From a bacterium (GTDB taxonomy: Bacteria; Patescibacteriota; Minisyncoccia; UBA6257; 02-FULL-45-10c), in NCBI GenBank assembly GCA_021786945.1, contig JAJYMK010000001.1, positions 794-64,793 on the forward strand: a DNA stretch of 64,000 nt, given 5' to 3'. The translations under genes and the position numbers were made by a program. Shown piece by piece: positions 20,408 to 28,875 of the stretch. The notes under the pieces were generated by a model. That model did not search any database, had not been told where the DNA came from, and was given only the letters and a program-made list of their open reading frames with translations. Each line of letters begins with the position of its first letter. Position 1 is the first letter of the stretch.

Positions 20408-20653
20408 TTACAATTTATTGATATCGGTATTAAGGCTGTTCATTTCGGTATTTAAATCACCCAAATTCATGGAATCTAAACCCTGCTGAACATCGGCGGA
20501 AATATTTTCCGTAGCAGCTCCCCCACTAACACCTTCGGTGCCCATAGGAGCCTTAGAGCCCATACTCATATAAATTGCAATAGCAACAACAACTAGAACT
20601 ACAGCCAATACAATTAACCAAACCATCTTCTTAGAATTTTTTTGTGGTTCCAT
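20408..20653 (-). CDS. Small single-pass membrane protein, hypothetical.
   Basis: 81 aa. TM helix WLIVLAVVLVVVAIAIYM. Gly/Ala-rich exposed tail. Confidence 0.4.
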   Translation of the reverse strand: MEPQKNSKKMVWLIVLAVVLVVVAIAIYMSMGSKAPMGTEGVSGGAATENISADVQQGLDSMNLGDLNTEMNSLNTDINKL

Positions 20654-20665
20654 AATTTATTGTAA

Positions 20666-21565
20666 TTATTTAATTTTATTGTACTCAATCAAAGCCTTGG
20701 TAACTGCGGAATGAGCAACCTGAATTAAATCTTTAACAGAACTCAAGTCTTTATTAAGAGCTGTTCTTGTGGCCGAAACATCGGCTTTAAGATTGGCTTC
20801 GGTGGTAACAGTTATTGTGTATGTTTTCTGAGCCTGAGTTTCAATAGCTGATTTTGCGGCCGAAATCGCATTGTTAGCATCGCTGATGGCGCTATTTACG
20901 GCGCTCAAATCTTTTCCGGTAGAAGAAGCTGCAACAGCACTAACACCGGAAACTATTTTTGCCAAAAAAGAATCCAATTGCGAGGTGGCATTGGTCCATC
21001 TGTCAATAAAACCACTGTTAATTTTGGCTATATTCTGATCTACATTTTCTACAGCGGCTACTTTTGTTTGATTTTTTATAGCCTGAAGTTTTGTCTGCAA
21101 TTCCTGTCTGGCTTGAGCCTCTTTTGTCTGAGCTTCAGCCCGTAAAGAATCTACATTTGACCTAAAAGCATCTCTTTCTTCCTGCATCTTCTGAACAAGC
21201 GATTTTACGGCCTGCGAAGAAGAGGCTGTACCGGAAGCAACCATAGTTCTGATTTCATTTCTAATTTCTTCTCTTGATTGCATTAATTTTTCCTGCTCAA
21301 CCTTAATTTGATTTTTAAGTTCAGTCTGAACTCCTTGGTTGGCTGTTTTAACATCCTCCCTTAATTGAGTTCTTACGGGCTGAGAAGAGGTGGCTCCCAA
21401 AAGACCAGTGCCGGGCTCATGAATTTGAGCTTGGGTCTGCACTCTTTCCATTTCTCCGTTTTGTGCCGGAGCGGCGCCAGATGCTCCATTGCCCATCATT
21501 TGGGCGTTTGCAACCAAACCCAATGACATAGTAAGGGCGGTTAAACCAACAATAATTTTTTTCAT
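20666..21565 (-). CDS. Secreted coiled-coil protein, hypothetical (signal peptide; Gln/Ala/Glu-rich heptad regions).
   Basis: 299 aa. Signal peptide MKKIIVGLTALTMSLGLVANA. Long helical low-complexity segments. Confidence 0.5.
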   Translation of the reverse strand: MKKIIVGLTALTMSLGLVANAQMMGNGASGAAPAQNGEMERVQTQAQIHEPGTGLLGATSSQPVRTQLREDVKTANQGVQTELKNQIKVEQEKLMQSREEIRNEIRTMVASGTASSSQAVKSLVQKMQEERDAFRSNVDSLRAEAQTKEAQARQELQTKLQAIKNQTKVAAVENVDQNIAKINSGFIDRWTNATSQLDSFLAKIVSGVSAVAASSTGKDLSAVNSAISDANNAISAAKSAIETQAQKTYTITVTTEANLKADVSATRTALNKDLSSVKDLIQVAHSAVTKALIEYNKIK

Positions 21566-21643
21566 TTTTATTTATGTTTTAATTTTATTTATAATAAACC
21601 TGCTTACATCGCCTTAAACAGGCATAAATTTATTATACATCTT

Positions 21644-22894
21644 TTAAATATTTCTTTCCTCCAGGGTAACATCCAATTTTATTTCCTTTCCATTTCTTAA
21701 AACGGTTAAAGAAATTTTATCCCCTACCTGATATTTCTGAATCAAGGAGGATAAGGAATTATTTTCATCTATTTTTACCCCATCAACCTCGGTAATGATA
21801 TCTTCGGCTTGCAGTCCTGATTTTTCCGCAGGAGAATTCTTTACGACAGCGGGACCATCCTGATTTCCGCGGACTAAAGCTCCTCGCTTTACCGATAATT
21901 TTTCTTTTTCGGACAATTGATCGTCTAGCGCCAAATATCTAACACCCAAATAAGGAGTCAAAATCTTGCCACTCTTTTTTACCGATTCAATATCATTTTT
22001 TGCTTTATTTATAGGAATCGCAAAACCAACACTCTGAGCCCCAGAAACAATAGCGGTATTCATACCTATTACTTCGCCCTTCAGATTCAAAAGCGGGCCG
22101 CCGGAATTTCCCGGATTGATAGCGGCATCAGTCTGAATCAAACCATCAAGATTTTCCGCGCTCCCCAACCCATCAGAAGCCGTAATTTTTCTGTATAAGC
22201 CCGAAATAACTCCGGTAGAAACCGTATTCCTAAATTCACCCAAAGCGTTGCCTATAGCTATAGCCGTCTGACCAAGTTTCAAAGAATCGGAATCGCCCAA
22301 TTTTAACGGCTTCAAACCATTAACAGAAATTTTCAATACGGCGAGATCCTGAACGCTGTCTCTGGCTAAAACCTCTGCATCGTATTTTTTACCATCATTA
22401 GTCAAAACCGTATATTCAGCTTTTTCATCCGAAACAACATGTTTGTTGGTAAGGATAAGCCCGTCTTCCGAAATGACAAATCCACTACCACCGCCAACCT
22501 CCTGTTTCTTTGTTCCTTTTTGGCAGGGCTGAGTAAAATTTAATCCTCCGCCGAAAAATTGCTGAAATTCTTCCGGTAAATTTTCATAAGGGTTATAAGG
22601 GCACTGCTCAATAACCGGCAAATCTTTGGAAACAATAATAGAAACCACCGACGGAGAAGCTTCTTCGACTGCTTTTATGACCGCCTGCTCATGAGCATCT
22701 TCGGAATCATACATAACGACAGCTTTCGGAGCTTCTATTTTTGTCTCAACCGAAGATTTATTCAAAAACGGCAAATATTTTTGAAGATAATCGGTAAAGC
22801 CCGCCTGAACCACCGACAGATTAGATAAATAAGCTAAGCTAACCAAAACTAAGGCGACCATTAATAAAGAAAAAAACTCTTTCTTATTATTCAT
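21644..22894 (-). CDS. htrA: HtrA/DegP-family periplasmic serine endoprotease with C-terminal PDZ domain.
   Basis: Catalytic Ser in GNSGGPLLNLKGEVIGMNTA, His in LTNKHVV, Asp in DLAVLKI. PDZ at the C-terminus. N-terminal membrane anchor. Confidence 0.9.
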   Translation of the reverse strand: MNNKKEFFSLLMVALVLVSLAYLSNLSVVQAGFTDYLQKYLPFLNKSSVETKIEAPKAVVMYDSEDAHEQAVIKAVEEASPSVVSIIVSKDLPVIEQCPYNPYENLPEEFQQFFGGGLNFTQPCQKGTKKQEVGGGSGFVISEDGLILTNKHVVSDEKAEYTVLTNDGKKYDAEVLARDSVQDLAVLKISVNGLKPLKLGDSDSLKLGQTAIAIGNALGEFRNTVSTGVISGLYRKITASDGLGSAENLDGLIQTDAAINPGNSGGPLLNLKGEVIGMNTAIVSGAQSVGFAIPINKAKNDIESVKKSGKILTPYLGVRYLALDDQLSEKEKLSVKRGALVRGNQDGPAVVKNSPAEKSGLQAEDIITEVDGVKIDENNSLSSLIQKYQVGDKISLTVLRNGKEIKLDVTLEERNI

Positions 22895-23025
22895 AGTAGA
22901 AATTAATTATAAAAATTTAATTTTTAATAATGTAAAATCGACTTTATTTAATTATTTTAACCTATTTTATATATACGAACTGAATATACAAATTGTTGCA
23001 TACTCAAAAACATAAAAAGGCCAAA

Positions 23026-24219
23026 CTATAATATATTTTTTATAACCGAAAAAAGTTTGTCAATACTTTCTTTGTCGGTCTGCCTGCCAAAAGAAATTCT
23101 AAGACTCTCACTCGCCTTTTCATCGGAAAAACCCATTGATTTCAATACATGCGAAGGCTTGGCCATACGCGCAGAACAGGCCGAACCGGCCGAAACAGAA
23201 AAACCCGCCATATCAAGTTTGAAAATAAGATCTTTTTTTCCGGAAAAATAAATATTTATATTGTTTGGCAATCTTTTTTCTCCGATTTTTGGACCATTCA
23301 AAACAAAATTAAAATTTTTTAATTTACCCAAAAAATATTGCTGCAATTTAAACAGTCTTTGCGATTCTTTCTTCCTTAAATCAAAGGAAATTTTAACAGC
23401 ATCGGAAAAACCAATAATGCCCGGAACATTTTCTGTACCCGACCTGAGCCCTTCTTCCTGACCACCGCCAAAAATAACAGGAGAAATAAATTTTTCCCCA
23501 AAAAAACTTCCAAAATTTTTGATATACAATAAACCCACACCCTTCGGACCATAGATTTTCTGGGAAGACAAAGTCATCATATCGATTCCAAGACTTTTAA
23601 CATCACAATCCACATAATTGAAAGCTTGGGCGGCATCGGTATGAAACAAAGGGAAGAACGTTTCGCTATTTTTTAATTTTGAATGTTTAATTTTGAATTC
23701 TTTAATAATTTCTGAAATTTCCTTGATTGGCTGAATAGAACCCACTTCGTTGTTTGCATACATTATAGAAACCAAAACCGTTCTCTCATTTAAAAACGAT
23801 TTAAGTTTTTTCAAATCTATAATTCCGTCTTTTGAAACCGGCAGATAAACAACTTCGGCTAAATTTTCTTTTTCTAAATCTTTGCAGGTTTCCAAAACAG
23901 ACTCGTGCTCAATTTGAGAAGTAATAATTCTAGGTTTTACTTTATTTTTTGAAATAAAATTTTTAACAACGCCAATAATAGCCAAATTATTTGCTTCCGT
24001 AGCCGAACCCGTAAAAATAATTTCCCGGTAATCGCAATTAATAAACTTAGAAATAGCATTCCTGGCCTTAAATACAGCCGCCGAAGCTTCCTGTCCGAAT
24101 TTGTGAATTGAACCTGGATTTCCAAAAATTCTAGAATAATAAGGCTGCATAGCTCTAACTACCCCAGGATCGACTGGGGTTGTAGCCGCATAATCGAAAT
24201 AAAATCTTTTATTCTTCAT
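23026..24219 (-). CDS. iscS: Cysteine desulfurase, IscS/NifS group (PLP-dependent class V aminotransferase).
   Basis: PLP-Lys motif SSQKIYGPKGVGLLY. Catalytic Cys loop SAGSACSA. 397 aa. Confidence 0.9.
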   Translation of the reverse strand: MKNKRFYFDYAATTPVDPGVVRAMQPYYSRIFGNPGSIHKFGQEASAAVFKARNAISKFINCDYREIIFTGSATEANNLAIIGVVKNFISKNKVKPRIITSQIEHESVLETCKDLEKENLAEVVYLPVSKDGIIDLKKLKSFLNERTVLVSIMYANNEVGSIQPIKEISEIIKEFKIKHSKLKNSETFFPLFHTDAAQAFNYVDCDVKSLGIDMMTLSSQKIYGPKGVGLLYIKNFGSFFGEKFISPVIFGGGQEEGLRSGTENVPGIIGFSDAVKISFDLRKKESQRLFKLQQYFLGKLKNFNFVLNGPKIGEKRLPNNINIYFSGKKDLIFKLDMAGFSVSAGSACSARMAKPSHVLKSMGFSDEKASESLRISFGRQTDKESIDKLFSVIKNIL

Positions 24220-24475
24220 ATGTTTAAATTAGCAATTTTTCTCTATAATAATAGGCGCAACTCCTTGATCTTTGGCGTATAGATAACCCAAACCAAAAGA
24301 CAACGAAGTAATAACAAAAAATATCCCGAATAGAATGACTTCTCTCTTTTTCAAAAATTCCGATATTTTAACCGCCAATTCCTTTAATTTATTTGACATA
24401 ACCGCGTTTATTCTACTATAATATACAAATAATTAAAACAGAATGATGGGCTAGGAGCCTAAGTTTTAAATAAAT

Positions 24476-24754
24476 ATGGCACATACTAAATCCCTCGGAA
24501 CCAGTAAAAACTTAAGGGAATCCGAGGCTAAAAGATTAGGAGTTAAAAAACAAAATAATGAAGCCGTTAATGCCGGCCAAATTATTATCCGACAAAGAGG
24601 AACCAGATATATTCCGGGAAAAAATGTCAGAAGAGGAGCTGATGACACCCTCTATGCCGCAACTAACGGAAAAGTAAAATTCCGCTCTTCCAAGAAAACT
24701 AAATTTGATGGAAACAAAAGGTATATCAAAGTAGTGGAAGTTGTAACCGCTTAA
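24476..24754 (+). CDS. rpmA: 50S ribosomal protein L27
   Basis: [25 protein letters not shown]...[34 protein letters not shown] is co-linear with bacterial L27. Confidence 0.95.
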   Translation: MAHTKSLGTSKNLRESEAKRLGVKKQNNEAVNAGQIIIRQRGTRYIPGKNVRRGADDTLYAATNGKVKFRSSKKTKFDGNKRYIKVVEVVTA

Positions 24755-24777
24755 TCAGACAAACTCAGGACAAAATC

Positions 24778-24806
24778 AAAATCTCCGCTTTTTGCGGAGA
24801 TTTTTT
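24778..24806. terminator. Bidirectional rho-independent terminator between rpmA (+) and ctpA (-): ATCTCCGC-TTTTT-GCGGAGAT + T-run.
   Basis: 8-bp perfect stem followed by TTTTTT. Confidence 0.75.
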
Positions 24807-24808
24807 AT

Positions 24809-26083
24809 TTAAAACATCTTCTTAACTTCTTCCAAGGCCCTTTCTAATTGCGTATCTTTTCCGGCTTTTACATCGTCGTCGGAAATTTTTACTTCAATAT
24901 CGGGAGTGAGACCAGTCTGATCTATAGTGCCGCCATTTGGCATAATCCATTTGGCAATAGTCATTTTAATCTGTGAACCATCTTTAAGAGATTCCATTTG
25001 CTGGACAGTACCCTTTCCGAAAGTCTTTTCACCTATTAATTTCACTTTTCTGTTGTCACGCAAAGCGCCGGCCAAAATTTCAGAAGCAGAAGCCGAGCCC
25101 TTGTTCACCAAAACAACTATAGGCATGTCTTTAAAAGCTCCAGTTCCATTTGCAAAAAATTTAGTATCCGCACCGTCTCTGGGTCTTTCGCTAACCACCA
25201 AAGTGTTTTTATCAAAAACCCAGCCGGCCAAATTTACGGCAACTTCCAAATAGCCACCCGGATCATTTCTTAAATCCAAAACCATTCCCTTTATATTGCT
25301 ATCTAATAAAATACTCATCGCAGCTTTATAAAAAAGAAATGGGGCTTTTTCATTAAAACTGAATAATTGAACATAAGCGACATTTCCATCTTTTACCTCC
25401 CATTTAAGCGTGGGTACGGAAATGGTTTCCCTGGTCAAAGTAACATCGTGGGGCTTGCTGTCGCCATTACTTAAAAGACTTAGGGTAACTTTTGTACCAA
25501 CCTCTCCCCTTATCTTTTTCACAGCCTCGTTAACATCGGCTGTCAAAACAGGCTTGCCGTCAATTCCTAAAATTTTATCTCCAGCTTTAACGCCGGCGCG
25601 TGAAGCGGGCGTATCTTCAAGCGGAGCAACAACAACAACAAAATCATCCTTTACACTTAATTCGGCACCAATACCACCAAATTCACCCTGTATATCTTCC
25701 TCGAATTTCTTGGAATCATCGGGAGACATAAAAACTGTATGCGGATCTTTTGTGGCACCCACCAATCCGCTAATAGCTCCGTACATAAGATCTTTATCGT
25801 TAAGATTGGCGCCGTCTATATATGTAGACTTCAACAAATTCCAAGCCTGCCAAAAAACACCAAAGTCTACACTAGAGGCTTCGTTTGAATCTATATTGGC
25901 CGCTCCCCTTATGACTATATTTTTAGGGTTTTCACTGCTATAGGTATAGCCAGAATAAAAACCGGCCCCAATCAAAACTAAGGAAGCCAAAATAATTCCC
26001 GAAACAACCAAAAACTTATTAAAAAAATTCCTGACGCCATCCCAATTTATTTTAAACTTAACTTTTTCTATTATTTTTTTCAT
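24809..26083 (-). CDS. ctpA: Carboxyl-terminal processing protease (S41 family, Ser/Lys dyad) with PDZ domain.
   Basis: GMVLDLRNDPGG and VVLVNKGSASASEILAGA...TFGKGTVQ motifs. The track start at 26095 is a GTG read as Met (MRGYMKK). The ATG at 26083-26081 (MKKIIEK) is preferred. Confidence 0.9.
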   Translation of the reverse strand: MKKIIEKVKFKINWDGVRNFFNKFLVVSGIILASLVLIGAGFYSGYTYSSENPKNIVIRGAANIDSNEASSVDFGVFWQAWNLLKSTYIDGANLNDKDLMYGAISGLVGATKDPHTVFMSPDDSKKFEEDIQGEFGGIGAELSVKDDFVVVVAPLEDTPASRAGVKAGDKILGIDGKPVLTADVNEAVKKIRGEVGTKVTLSLLSNGDSKPHDVTLTRETISVPTLKWEVKDGNVAYVQLFSFNEKAPFLFYKAAMSILLDSNIKGMVLDLRNDPGGYLEVAVNLAGWVFDKNTLVVSERPRDGADTKFFANGTGAFKDMPIVVLVNKGSASASEILAGALRDNRKVKLIGEKTFGKGTVQQMESLKDGSQIKMTIAKWIMPNGGTIDQTGLTPDIEVKISDDDVKAGKDTQLERALEEVKKMF

Positions 26084-26086
26084 ATA

Positions 26087-26101
26087 CCCCCGCACCTAAT
26101 T
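26087..26101. repeat. Left terminal inverted repeat CCCCCGCACCTAATT of a GIY-YIG mini-cassette.
   Basis: Reverse complement of the right copy at 26369-26383 (AATTAGGTGAGGGGG), 14/15 match. Overlaps the GIY-YIG stop and the ctpA start region. Confidence 0.6.
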
Positions 26102-26356
26102 AATTTCTATACTCTTTTTAATACGACGTTTTAATTGACTAAATGCATTTCTCCTCAATTTCAAATTAACTTCACGCCCCCTTGCATCATCGCCTGATTT
26201 ATAAGCTTCATAATAAACAATTTCAAATGGTCTGCGATTTTTTGTTGACGGCACCAATCCTTTATTATGCTTTGTAAGTCTTTCTCTAAGATTATTAGTT
26301 GAACCAATATATAAATTATTATCTTTTTTACTTTTTATAATGTAAGTATAAAACAT
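26096..26356 (-). CDS. GIY-YIG nuclease-domain protein (UPF0213-like, 86 aa).
   Basis: FYTYIIKSKKDNNLYIGSTNNLRERLTKHNKG...YYEAY..DDARGREVNLK matches the GIY-YIG catalytic core (Y-x10-Y, R, E, N). Confidence 0.85.
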   Translation of the reverse strand: MFYTYIIKSKKDNNLYIGSTNNLRERLTKHNKGLVPSTKNRRPFEIVYYEAYKSGDDARGREVNLKLRRNAFSQLKRRIKKSIEIN

Positions 26357-26368
26357 AATAAAAAAAAT

Positions 26369-26383
26369 AATTAGGTGAGGGGG
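26369..26383. repeat. Right terminal inverted repeat AATTAGGTGAGGGGG of the GIY-YIG mini-cassette.
   Basis: See the left copy. GC-rich 15-mer in an AT-rich intergenic spacer. Confidence 0.6.
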
Positions 26384-26414
26384 TGAATCTTTATTAATTA
26401 TACCACTATATAAA

Positions 26415-27041
26415 TTAATTTCCGCCGAAATCTATATGTTGCAAAAGCTCATACCTCGCTCCATTTTTAGACAAATGGGATTCCATTAGATCTATACCTC
26501 CAGCCATAAAAAACCAATCCAGGTTTTTGAATTCCCTTCCGATTTCCGGCAATTCTTTTTTTGGTATTTCGGTAAACCCACTCACCTGATTTTCAGGTGC
26601 GGGGGTAAATCTTGCCAAAGTGATATGGGAATTGAATTCCCTGTTCTCCAATTTGAACCTTACTTTATTTTTTATAAGTTCATCTTCCAGGGCTATTTTT
26701 AACGAACCTAAACTTTTGGAGGTTTCGGAGGCTCCATTTAGCCAGATCATGCGCGGAGTACCTTTGGGCGGAGCATAAGAAATATCTTCCAAAGTTATTT
26801 CGGGAGAATCAAAACTATCAGCCACGTCTTCCATTGATTTTATAATCGGTAAAATAGCCTCATCTTCCTGATATCCCAAAAATACAAGAGTAAGATGCCA
26901 GTTTTCATCGGGTGTGATGTGAGTTCCGCCAGAAGACACAAAACTTGCCCCTGGAATCAGAGACTCCAAGGCTTCTTTCTTTTTTGAAATTTTTTTTCTT
27001 ATATCTTCAGGAATGTTTATAGCTATAAATAAGCGTCTCAT
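26415..27041 (-). CDS. thpR: RNA 2',3'-cyclic phosphodiesterase (2H family, LigT/ThpR).
   Basis: Two H-x-T/S-x motifs: WHLTLVFLG and SHITLARF. 208 aa. Confidence 0.85.
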   Translation of the reverse strand: MRRLFIAINIPEDIRKKISKKKEALESLIPGASFVSSGGTHITPDENWHLTLVFLGYQEDEAILPIIKSMEDVADSFDSPEITLEDISYAPPKGTPRMIWLNGASETSKSLGSLKIALEDELIKNKVRFKLENREFNSHITLARFTPAPENQVSGFTEIPKKELPEIGREFKNLDWFFMAGGIDLMESHLSKNGARYELLQHIDFGGN

Positions 27042-27090
27042 ATAAGAATTACTGTTAAATGAATTATCGTATTATAATTTTATCATAGAT

Positions 27091-27426
27091 ATGGAAGGAC
27101 TAAACAACATCAAAAAACAATATATTCAGACCCTGATAAAAAGGACAAAAGAAACTAAGATCTATAAACCATTTCAATCAACCGGGCTTGCTTTGGCTCA
27201 AATTCTAAGAGACTACGAACATAAGGCTATTTACATAAGACTGGCCAAAATATATGATAACGAAGAATTAATCAGAAAAGCCAAGGACGTTGCCGAAAGA
27301 AAAAGCATCGACAATAAGGGAGCGTATTTTATGAAGATTTTAAAAGACATCAAGAAACTGGAGAGACCGAAACTTACCTATAAAAAAAAGATTAAAAAAC
27401 CAATTAAATTAAAACTTGGGATATGA
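27091..27426 (+). CDS. Small basic hypothetical protein.
   Basis: 111 aa, Lys-rich. No recognisable motif. 4-nt overlap with def suggests co-translation. Confidence 0.35.
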   Translation: MEGLNNIKKQYIQTLIKRTKETKIYKPFQSTGLALAQILRDYEHKAIYIRLAKIYDNEELIRKAKDVAERKSIDNKGAYFMKILKDIKKLERPKLTYKKKIKKPIKLKLGI

Positions 27427-27914
27427 TTTGGACAATAAATGACAAAGAGCAGGAAAAATTTCTCAGGCGAAAAGCCTCCGAATTTGATTTTTCTAAACAC
27501 GGCAAAAAAGAAATTCGGGAAATAATTAAAACTATGCGCGTAGAAATGACCAAGGCTATTGGCCTGGGGCTAAGCGCTAACCAGCTTGGTCTGGATATGC
27601 GTCTTTTTGTGGCTAAAGTGGAAGGAAAACAATATGCGATATTCAATCCGGAAATAACCAAACTCTCCAAAGAAAGAGTTCTTATGGAAGAGGGCTGTCT
27701 GAGTGTGCCGGAATTATACGGAGTTGTGGAAAGACCAGAAAAAATAACAATTGAGGGGTTTGACGCCAACGCCAAAAAAATAAAAATCAAAGCCTGGGGA
27801 ATTTTGGCCAGAGTTTTCCAGCACGAGACAGACCATCTGAACGGAATTTTATTCATAGATAAAGCCAAAAGCCTTCATAAATACGAATTGCATAGCCAGG
27901 ATCAAAAAATTTAA
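27423..27914 (+). CDS. def: Peptide deformylase
   Basis: Motifs GLSANQLG, EGCLSVPE, HETDHLNG (HExxH). Confidence 0.95.
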   Translation: MIWTINDKEQEKFLRRKASEFDFSKHGKKEIREIIKTMRVEMTKAIGLGLSANQLGLDMRLFVAKVEGKQYAIFNPEITKLSKERVLMEEGCLSVPELYGVVERPEKITIEGFDANAKKIKIKAWGILARVFQHETDHLNGILFIDKAKSLHKYELHSQDQKI

Positions 27915-27919
27915 AACCA

Positions 27920-28873
27920 ATGAAATATGTATTTTTCGGCACGCCAAAATTTGCCGCTATTGTTCTAGAAAAACTTATCGCAGCTGGCCTTGTACCGGTA
28001 GCCTTAGTCTGTAACCCTGATGAACCAACAGGCAGAAAAAAAATACTCACCCCTCCGGAAACCAAACAATTGATTTTGAATAAAAACATAAATATTCCGA
28101 TTTTCCAGCCCAAAAAACTTTCTGAAATAAAAACAGAATTGGAAAATATCGGCGCAGACGCATTTATAGTGGCTGCTTACAACAAAATAATTTCCGAGAA
28201 AATAATAAATATACCGAAATTCAAAACAATCGGAGTACATCCGTCTTTACTCCCCGCTTACCGAGGGCCATCACCCATACAAACGGCCATTATTAACGGC
28301 GATAAAAAAACCGGCGTAGATTTATTTCTTATCGACAAAGAAATTGATCACGGAGCGGTCTTGGCTAGCACTGAATGTGAAATATCGGAAAAAGATAACT
28401 CGGAAAGCTTAACCGAAAAACTCGCTATCCTCGGAGCCGAACTGATAATCAAGGAATTGCCTGAATATTTAGCAGGAAAAACAAAACCAATCGAACAAAA
28501 CCACGAAAAAGCTACATTTACCAGAAAATTCGAAACAAACGACGGAAAAATTGATTTGCCCCCCCACCTATTTCTTGCTGACCAATTAGAACCAAAAAAC
28601 AAATTTAATATTTTTAGAATATTTTCAAATATAAAAAATAAGATATTTGGGTGCGGGGGCGAAGAAAAAGACTCTCCTGAATCAATTTTTAATAAAATCA
28701 GAGGGCTTAACCCCGATCCTGGAGTTTTTACTTTAATAAAAACAAAAAACGGAGAAAAAAGAATTAAATTACTTGAAGCAAAATTAACGGAAGGAAAACT
28801 AGAAATCCTAAAAGTTCAGCCCGAGGGCAAAAAACCGATGTCTTTTAAAGATTTTCAAAACGGAAATCTTTAA
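27920..28873 (+). CDS. fmt: Methionyl-tRNA formyltransferase
   Basis: N-terminal FFGTPKFA, HPSLLPAYRGPSPIQTAIINGDKKTGV (formyl-transferase core), C-terminal Fmt domain. def-fmt gene order. Confidence 0.9.
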   Translation: MKYVFFGTPKFAAIVLEKLIAAGLVPVALVCNPDEPTGRKKILTPPETKQLILNKNINIPIFQPKKLSEIKTELENIGADAFIVAAYNKIISEKIINIPKFKTIGVHPSLLPAYRGPSPIQTAIINGDKKTGVDLFLIDKEIDHGAVLASTECEISEKDNSESLTEKLAILGAELIIKELPEYLAGKTKPIEQNHEKATFTRKFETNDGKIDLPPHLFLADQLEPKNKFNIFRIFSNIKNKIFGCGGEEKDSPESIFNKIRGLNPDPGVFTLIKTKNGEKRIKLLEAKLTEGKLEILKVQPEGKKPMSFKDFQNGNL

Positions 28874-28875
28874 TT

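Noticed and set aside
24236-24399. Possible 54-aa small membrane ORF (minus) between iscS and rpmA.
   Set aside because: Below the track threshold and with no independent support. Could be real, but I cannot substantiate it from sequence alone.
26084-26095. Track start of ctpA at 26095 (MRGYMKK).
   Set aside because: The first codon in the DNA is GTG and the leader 'RGY' comes from the inverted-repeat sequence. The ATG at 26083 with MKKIIEK is a more plausible start.
27404-28602. Minus-strand ORFs (154, 86, 78, 84 aa) overlapping def/fmt.
   Set aside because: Antisense to def and fmt, whose identity is unambiguous.
26594-28660. Extra copies of AGGTGCGGGGG / GGGTGCGGGGGCG inside thpR and fmt coding sequence.
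   Set aside because: They lie in frame within well-supported genes (encoding Gly/Ala/Pro stretches) and lack a paired inverted copy. Probably coincidental rather than IR-element ends.
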